From NCBI GenBank assembly GCA_900128585.1, contig LT642209.1, positions 1 through 33,399 on the forward strand: 33,399 nucleotides of DNA. Direction: 5' to 3'. Shown in pieces: positions 27,739 to 33,399 of the stretch (position 1 is its first letter; each line of letters opens with the position of its first letter). The notes beneath the pieces were generated by a model, which saw only the letters and a program-made list of their open reading frames with translations, was not told where the DNA came from and searched no databases. A program made the position numbers and the translations under genes. This stretch comes from Stramenopiles sp. TOSAG23-3 (lineage: Eukaryota).

Positions 27739-27747
27739 AAATATTAA
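27697..27747 (+). pseudogene. Intronless duplicate of the ubiquitin 3' end ([16 protein letters not shown])
   Basis: AAA GAG GCC ACG TTG CAC CTC GTA CTC AGA CTT CGC GGC GGT AAA TAT TAA; spans the intron-7 position with no intron. Confidence 0.9.
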
Positions 27748-27814
27748 ATATTATAAAATATCCATTGTTTTATAAACACATTTCAACATATAAATATTAC
27801 AAGTAATAGAGTAA

Positions 27815-28042
27815 ATGATTAAAATATACAAACCAAAGGGTAAAATAGAGTATACTGTACACGGAAAGTCTATGTTTTTCTTGCAAGATGGGATTTATTA
27901 CTTAAAGAAACCAATTGAGAAGCGTTTCTACAACGGTATGACGTGGGATAATTACGGAACCATTTGGAAAATTCGCACCCAGCGTAAAATTGGCGCGTTT
28001 TCGTTTGGACTAAACGGCAAACCTGAAATGTTGGGTATATAA
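27815..28042 (+). CDS. Small protein containing a fragment of the same HNH family
   Basis: IEKRFYNGMTWDNYGTIWKI aligns with LEKQFLPGMTWDNHGKWHI / LESKFINGMSWDNIRLWDI but lacks DH and the rest of the catalytic motif. Confidence 0.6.
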   Translation: MIKIYKPKGKIEYTVHGKSMFFLQDGIYYLKKPIEKRFYNGMTWDNYGTIWKIRTQRKIGAFSFGLNGKPEMLGI

Positions 28043-28063
28043 GTACTTTTAATCTCTTAAAAC

Positions 28064-28329
28064 ATGTTTAAACTGCTCATTTTACTCTTATGCATCTTCT
28101 ACGCGCACGCGGGCTACGAATGTAGCTCTCCAACCGACTGTATTGTTACCTGTTCCAACTTTAAAGGCAAAGTTCCTAAACCGTGGATTGTTGTTCCATG
28201 GTCAAATGGGTCATGTAAGTAAATATTCTCTATTTCTTTTTTCGTTCGTTTTCTAACACAATTACAGGTTATTTCCATAATACCGATACACGAGAAGACC
28301 GGGACTCTCTCCCTAACCTACGTCATTAA
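28064..28329 (+). CDS. Spliced 70-aa protein: signal peptide plus WW-like domain (not in track)
   Basis: join(28064-28214,28268-28329); intron 28215-28267 GTAAGT...TTCTAAC...CAG (53 nt); MFKLLILLLCIFYAHAG...VPKPWIVVPWSNGSCYFHNTDTREDRDSLPNLRH*; GTATATAAG 29 nt upstream. Confidence 0.8.
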
Positions 28330-28742
28330 ATTGCGAGTATAAGCAAAATACAGCACCAAGCGTTCCAAATGGCCAACGACAACGACACTGGATGGTCGAT
28401 GGACGTATACGATATACTAAAGAGAATACAGAATACTAAATAATATACTGCTGCCCCAAATGTAATGTACATATTACCAACCGTTCGTAATACATGGTCG
28501 CTCTCTCTATAGTAATCGTCTAAATCCCGTGGTAATAACCAGAATCGGGTGTACCAAAACATACCAAGTGTCATGAACACTGCATAGCAAATGAAAAGAG
28601 CTTGGTTCCATCCGGTCGTGTCGTGGGCGACTTCTATACCGCGAAGAACAGTGTAAACTTTTCCAGCATAGTTCATTTGGACCACATGCCGAAGAAAGAA
28701 TTTCTTGTTGGGCCAGCTGATAAATTTATTTGCAATTGACAT
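28326..28742 (-). CDS. Membrane protein (about 3 TM)
   Basis: 138-aa ORF with hydrophobic helices. Confidence 0.68.
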   Translation of the reverse strand: MSIANKFISWPNKKFFLRHVVQMNYAGKVYTVLRGIEVAHDTTGWNQALFICYAVFMTLGMFWYTRFWLLPRDLDDYYRESDHVLRTVGNMYITFGAAVYYLVFCILFSISYTSIDHPVSLSLAIWNAWCCILLILAI

Positions 28743-28785
28743 TTGTTATTATAAAAGATACATTTATACAACAAAATCACCTAAA

Positions 28786-29313
28786 ATGTCTTTATCTCTT
28801 ATAATTGGTTGTATGTTTAGCGGAAAAAGCACAGAGCTTATACGTCTCGTAAATCGGTACAAGAGTATCGGAAAAAGCATTCTGACCATCAATCACTCAC
28901 TAGACCAACGTTATTCTAGCAATATGATTGTATCCCATTCTGGAAGCAAAGTCGCTGCTATGCAAACCAACATTCTACCGGCGGAAGTAGACGATTATGA
29001 CATCATTGCTATTGATGAGGGGCAGTTTTTCACTGATTTGGTCACTAAAGTATTGGAGTACGTTGAAACGCACAATAAGATGGTCATTGTCGCCGGACTA
29101 TCGGGCGATTTTCAGCGTAGACCGTTTGGTAATATTCTACAACTTGTTCCATTGTGTGACAAGTTATGGATGTCAGTTGCTTATTGTTCTGTTTGTAAAG
29201 ATGGTACTAAAGCGTCCTTCACCAAACGTCTTTCAAACAGCACAGAGCAAATTGCAGTCGGCGAGGCAGATCAATACGTTGCAGTGTGTAGAAAGTGCTA
29301 CATCAAGGTATAA
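28786..29313 (+). CDS. tk: Thymidine kinase (type II / TK1-like)
   Basis: GCMFSGKSTELIR, IAIDEGQFF, VAGLSGDFQRRPFG, CSVC...YVAVCRKCY. Confidence 0.96.
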   Translation: MSLSLIIGCMFSGKSTELIRLVNRYKSIGKSILTINHSLDQRYSSNMIVSHSGSKVAAMQTNILPAEVDDYDIIAIDEGQFFTDLVTKVLEYVETHNKMVIVAGLSGDFQRRPFGNILQLVPLCDKLWMSVAYCSVCKDGTKASFTKRLSNSTEQIAVGEADQYVAVCRKCYIKV

Positions 29314-29334
29314 ATTAAAAATATTATTGTGTTA

Positions 29335-29967
29335 ATGTACGCTCTTGTCTTTATTCTATCGTCGGTTGTACTCTTTTTTTCCTACACGCACACACAAAAT
29401 TATTTGCGTCATCATAACATAGCTTTTTCCAGACTAACGGAAAGCAGGCAATTTTATGTCGTGAAAAATATTACGAAAGGTATTTATCTTGCTTTTCTCG
29501 TCGTATTCGGGTTCTTCTTTGTCATCCTTCCGATTATAAATAATGAGTACAACAATGGAACCATACGAATATTCGCATCGCTATATGTGTCGAACGATTT
29601 TATTGGATTGTATAGGGTAGATAACTTGCCCACCAGCACAAGATTGCACCATTCTGCAAGCGTAATTTTTCTGCTTGCCGCTTGGACCATTGATTTTCAG
29701 ACAAGTGTAGTCGGTCAGATGCTCGTGTTGTATACATATTTCAGTGCAATTGCATTTCCGGTCAATTTGTATCTGGGATTAAGATTATGTTATGACGTAC
29801 CATGGTTGCGCACAATAGCAAAGTATGTGTATTCCATTTCTTGTGCTGTAAATTGGTATATTCAGTACGCATGGTTTACTATGGACAGGTCCGTAATCGT
29901 ATACTTGACTTTACTCAGTGTCATTGTGTTCGACGATGTTGTATTATTGCGCTGGTTGTACAAGTGA
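29335..29967 (+). CDS. TLC (TRAM/LAG1/CLN8)-domain membrane protein
   Basis: Multi-TM with Y..D and LHH motif, FPVN.YL..R. Confidence 0.65.
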   Translation: MYALVFILSSVVLFFSYTHTQNYLRHHNIAFSRLTESRQFYVVKNITKGIYLAFLVVFGFFFVILPIINNEYNNGTIRIFASLYVSNDFIGLYRVDNLPTSTRLHHSASVIFLLAAWTIDFQTSVVGQMLVLYTYFSAIAFPVNLYLGLRLCYDVPWLRTIAKYVYSISCAVNWYIQYAWFTMDRSVIVYLTLLSVIVFDDVVLLRWLYK

Positions 29968-30393
29968 AATAATGTTTAGTCTCAGTTGTTCGGTTGCTTC
30001 TTGTATCTGGAGCAAATCTCCTCGCACCAACGGCAGCATTCTTTCGAAAAAACGATACAGTGGAAGAATGTTAGGTTCGTCTGCATACTCAACTTGAAGA
30101 AAGTCCCGAAATTCACGGTCTTGAATGTACCGAATAAAAAATCGTACGGCGTCTACAAAGCTCTCCCGGGGTTGGGTCGGACGACGTGGTGGACGGATGT
30201 TTGTGCGTGACTTGGCTGTTGTGACCGTGTGAAAAGTGCGACGACACTCAGGACACGAATTGTTGCTCTTCGACCATTTTACAATACATTTGCGACAGAA
30301 AGTATGGGAGCATCCGTCCAGTTTTGCTTCATTCTTAGCCTTACATAAACATATACTGCAACATTTAAATGGTTTTAACGGTGATTTTTTCAT
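29944..30393 (-). CDS. RING-finger (C3HC4) protein
   Basis: CSIC...CSHTFCRKCI..W....CPECR. Confidence 0.9.
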   Translation of the reverse strand: MKKSPLKPFKCCSICLCKAKNEAKLDGCSHTFCRKCIVKWSKSNNSCPECRRTFHTVTTAKSRTNIRPPRRPTQPRESFVDAVRFFIRYIQDREFRDFLQVEYADEPNILPLYRFFERMLPLVRGDLLQIQEATEQLRLNIISLVQPAQ

Positions 30394-30430
30394 TATATAT
30401 ATGTATTTATGTATTTATAAAATCTTTTAA

Positions 30431-30613
30431 ATGTTTGATACCCCTACTGAAATTATAAAAGCTCATTATACCGCCGACCGAACGAAACAGATTATTGATA
30501 AACGATACCAACATTGGTGGGCTTTGAAACATATTATTTCATGCGGATCCGACCAAATACTTTATTTTGTACATGTAGAAGAGACACCTGTAGCGGTTGC
30601 TGTGCGCTCGTAG
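30431..30613 (+). CDS. Small hypothetical protein
   Basis: 60-aa ORF with TAAATG start; 3' overlap with convergent gene. Confidence 0.45.
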   Translation: MFDTPTEIIKAHYTADRTKQIIDKRYQHWWALKHIISCGSDQILYFVHVEETPVAVAVRS

Positions 30614-31419
30614 TATAGTTGTCTCGATCGTTCAATATCCTCTCCAACTACAAATTCAAATACGGTTGCTTCCATTGGTCTTCTTTTAGGCAACCAAGTT
30701 CCCATCCATCCCAACACCCATGGGAATACAATCGGTACACCAAATCGATTGGAATAGTATTTCCTTATATTGTAAAATGGCAATTGAATCAAATCGTAGT
30801 AATTGTATGTTCCACATACCGAGATTATGGGACACGCACACTCTTTTGCTAATCTGAGAAAGCCCCATCGTTTTGTATATTGTTCGTGTTCCTCTAAACA
30901 CACAATTTCCGGTACACCGCCCGGTATCAACACGACACTAGTGTGTTGTAAAGCTTTTTTTAACGATTCATACGAGGATGGAATTGCTCCCAAATGTTTT
31001 GCCAACCATCCTATTACAGGAACGGTAAATAACAATGGTGCTACGGCAATAAGAGTTTTTGATTTAGGACGAAAATGTACTCCAAACAATGCGATTGTAC
31101 AAAGAACACCATGTGGATGACAACATATCAATGCGCGTTTGTTGGGTACATCGATAGAGTTTTTGCCAAACCAAAATTGGGAAAATTCAAACATCCCACT
31201 GGCAATAATGTCGCGTACAGTCGATTCCTTTATATGATCGTAACAAATATAAATGGTACCACCAATCACAAGACTAGTCGGCAATGCAAACACGAAAAAG
31301 GGTACACTACAGAGAAACCCCACAACAAAGATAGGCAAGAAGAAAATCCACATAAAGACTAGAACACATATGAGACATCCCCATAGAAAAAGCATTGTAT
31401 ATATTTTACTAGTTTCCAT
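30562..31419 (-). CDS. DGAT2/MOGAT-family acyltransferase
   Basis: HPHG motif, LFTVPVI, IPGGVPE, RWGFLRLA; N-terminal TMs. Confidence 0.88.
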   Translation of the reverse strand: METSKIYTMLFLWGCLICVLVFMWIFFLPIFVVGFLCSVPFFVFALPTSLVIGGTIYICYDHIKESTVRDIIASGMFEFSQFWFGKNSIDVPNKRALICCHPHGVLCTIALFGVHFRPKSKTLIAVAPLLFTVPVIGWLAKHLGAIPSSYESLKKALQHTSVVLIPGGVPEIVCLEEHEQYTKRWGFLRLAKECACPIISVCGTYNYYDLIQLPFYNIRKYYSNRFGVPIVFPWVLGWMGTWLPKRRPMEATVFEFVVGEDIERSRQLYYERTATATGVSSTCTK

Positions 31420-31425
31420 TTATAT

Positions 31426-31932
31426 ATGCACTATTGTGTAATCAAATGTAAATTACCGGAACATTATACCATTTTAATGGGAAAGCGTGCACTGAAGGAC
31501 ATAGTAGACCCTACATTAGATGAATTTGGGTACGTAATGCCGGAACCAGACATTCAACAAAAAATGGATCTATTAGGGGAATGTACAAAAGAGTATGAGT
31601 TTGGCATGCTATTAACCGAAGAGGAAGCCATCAAAACTGCATGTATTCGTGCCGAATGGAAACCTCTCGAACCATCGGTGAAACTGAATAAAACAGAAAA
31701 GAAAGTACTTCGATCCATGAAACGAAAACGTTCGGGCGATTGTGCCATTTGTTTAGATGCAGCTAAGAACATTACCACTACGCCATGCGGTCATGATTTT
31801 TGCTATAAATGTCTAAAACAATGGTTGGGGATAAAACGCGAATGTCCAGTTTGTCAAAAGCCGATCAATGTTTCAGAGAATGCGCCAAAGAAACGACGGA
31901 AGAGACTCTGTAGAAAGACTTTACCGACGTAA
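31426..31932 (+). CDS. RING-finger (C3HC4) protein with NLS-like motifs
   Basis: CAIC...PCGHDFCYKCL..W...CPVC; KRKR, PKKRRKR; alternative start at 31477. Confidence 0.9.
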   Translation: MHYCVIKCKLPEHYTILMGKRALKDIVDPTLDEFGYVMPEPDIQQKMDLLGECTKEYEFGMLLTEEEAIKTACIRAEWKPLEPSVKLNKTEKKVLRSMKRKRSGDCAICLDAAKNITTTPCGHDFCYKCLKQWLGIKRECPVCQKPINVSENAPKKRRKRLCRKTLPT

Positions 31933-32590
31933 GTTGCAATATTTTTTCCGTATCAAAATGCATGTAAATATCCCGATTGTGCATCATTAAAGCACAGAAA
32001 ACATTAATGAAATTTTCGAACATTCTGGGCTGTAGGATATAATCCCATATCAACAGTACATCTTGCAACGGAAACCAATTTGCAAACATAGCAGGTCCTG
32101 TTTTTATTATCATTAGTTTGATAAACATGGTATTTCGTAATTTAACTGCTAACCTCGGAAGACGATACAGCAGCTTTAATCGAACAGTGCTGGACACCGA
32201 CTCCAACCATTTGCAAATATCAACGTCTTCATCGTTACGAGGATACAACGGTGCAAGATTGCCCATTATCCCATGTAAACTGAAAATACAATCGTTCGTC
32301 GCGTGCTCTGGACAGTCGTTGTAATACACATAATACAATACGAAGACTATGAAACACATACCCTGTGCGTAACCGATTGTTGGGGTGGTATCTGCATAAA
32401 CCATTAAAATAGTACGAAGAGCATCTAAATGGTCGTGAAACCACGATTCGGTAGGAAAGGTACGCGTTAAATCGTTGTCTATATCAACCTCATCGCGAAC
32501 ATGACGTGGGACTGTCACCGGGGTGAGCCTCAATTTGTTTATTAATTGTATATCACCTATTAAAGCAGACCGCCATTTGCTTGCGCGCAT
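31865..32590 (-). CDS. TBC-domain Rab GTPase-activating protein
   Basis: IDNDLTRTFP (IxxDxxR Arg finger) and GYAQGM (YxQ Gln finger); LLIWDYIL. Confidence 0.92.
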   Translation of the reverse strand: MRASKWRSALIGDIQLINKLRLTPVTVPRHVRDEVDIDNDLTRTFPTESWFHDHLDALRTILMVYADTTPTIGYAQGMCFIVFVLYYVYYNDCPEHATNDCIFSLHGIMGNLAPLYPRNDEDVDICKWLESVSSTVRLKLLYRLPRLAVKLRNTMFIKLMIIKTGPAMFANWFPLQDVLLIWDYILQPRMFENFINVFCALMMHNRDIYMHFDTEKILQLTSVKSFYRVSSVVSLAHSLKH

Positions 32591-32664
32591 TTGTACAGCA
32601 GCACATATAATTTATACTGGAATTAAAAAAGTATTGGTATATAAGTATGGATCTTTTATGTAAA

Positions 32665-33399
32665 ATGTTCTTCGGTCTTCCATTCCCTAACATACTACTT
32701 GATTTAATATTCCACCTCGGTATCAATGTAACTGCTGTGATACTCCTACTAATGAACTACACGGACCACAACGACATTAAAGAATTCTCGGTTCCAAGTA
32801 CCCTGAATGCAGCGGCGCTTGCATTTGCGATTGGTGGATCTCTCATCAGTCTCGTTAACATCTTTGGAGAAGGATTCAGTAGCACAAAACAGCGTCTCGA
32901 GAACGACTACTTTAACCTGTTGCGTAACCTTCTGACGTCTTTCACCTTTGTGTTGTCATGTATGCTAAATGCATCGGAGGCACGAGACAATACACGAATT
33001 GTCATGTGGCTCATGGTCGGACAACGAATGCTAGACATGTGTTTGGATGTGGATACGCCTTGGACACTCGTGTGCGACAACATGAAATCCCTTGAGGACG
33101 ACGTTGTGAAAAATTCAAGCATGTTGAACGGTGGTCTCTACCTAATGAAACAGATCCTTGTAATTCTCTGCTTTATCGGTACCCTTGTTTTCCAAGGCAT
33201 CTACGCGGGTGTTCACAATCTTGGAGAAGAGGAAACTGGCGACGACGAAATATATCAATACATGATCTTTGCCTTGGTAGGTCTTCATTTGGCCTTGGTA
33301 CTTTTGAGTATACTTATTGAAAATGGTTGGTATAGACGAAGAAGGTCTCTTGGAAGTATTTTATATCAATCGATGCAAAGACAATCGTTGGGTTTGGAA
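32665..33399 (+). CDS. Multi-pass membrane protein, truncated by window end (not in track)
   Basis: ATG 32665 (MFFGLPFPNILLDL...) stays open for 245 codons to the end; GTATATAAG 28 nt upstream. Confidence 0.8.
   Translation, partial: MFFGLPFPNILLDLIFHLGINVTAVILLLMNYTDHNDIKEFSVPSTLNAAALAFAIGGSLISLVNIFGEGFSSTKQRLENDYFNLLRNLLTSFTFVLSCMLNASEARDNTRIVMWLMVGQRMLDMCLDVDTPWTLVCDNMKSLEDDVVKNSSMLNGGLYLMKQILVILCFIGTLVFQGIYAGVHNLGEEETGDDEIYQYMIFALVGLHLALVLLSILIENGWYRRRRSLGSILYQSMQRQSLGLE

Noticed and set aside
27661-27747. Downstream ubiquitin copy as an alternative last exon, placing the HNH inside a long intron
   Set aside because: No CTAAC branch point near the TATAG at 27682-27686; joining the intron 6 or 7 donors there gives immediate stops. 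RNA data could still overturn this.
1323-33122. Numerous short antisense or nested ORFs in the track (e.g. 1323-1595, 7253-7705, 15184-15561, 32907-33122)
   Set aside because: Shadows of well-supported genes, without motifs or promoter context.

Overview
Gene-dense, AT-rich fragment of a large eukaryotic dsDNA virus. It encodes family B DNA polymerase, PCNA, an RPB2-like RNA polymerase subunit, a gp2.5-like SSB, thymidine kinase, an Erv1/Alr oxidase, a tail-less histone H3, an SLX1-like GIY-YIG nuclease, five RING proteins, BRO1-, TBC-, TLC-, DGAT2-, TCP11- and SNARE-like proteins, and many membrane proteins. Mirusviricota is the best guess (stand-alone H3, TATA-type promoters, spliceosomal introns, many NLS-like motifs). 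No capsid gene is in the window, so Nucleocytoviricota is not excluded. The standout locus is absent from the ORF track: a ubiquitin gene (26500-27131) split by seven 54-58 nt spliceosomal introns. Its last exon is overlapped antisense by an HNH endonuclease gene, which is followed by an intronless, synonymously diverged duplicate of the ubiquitin 3' end (24-bp perfect direct repeat). This looks like a homing or gene-drive cassette that targets ubiquitin. Also seen: a second spliced gene (WW-like), four micro-ORFs missing from the track (one STMP1-like), a GTATATAAG promoter 27-29 nt upstream of many ATGs, and a CCANNTGG-core repeat family in the three long intergenic spacers. All family assignments are by eye from motifs; no searches were run.
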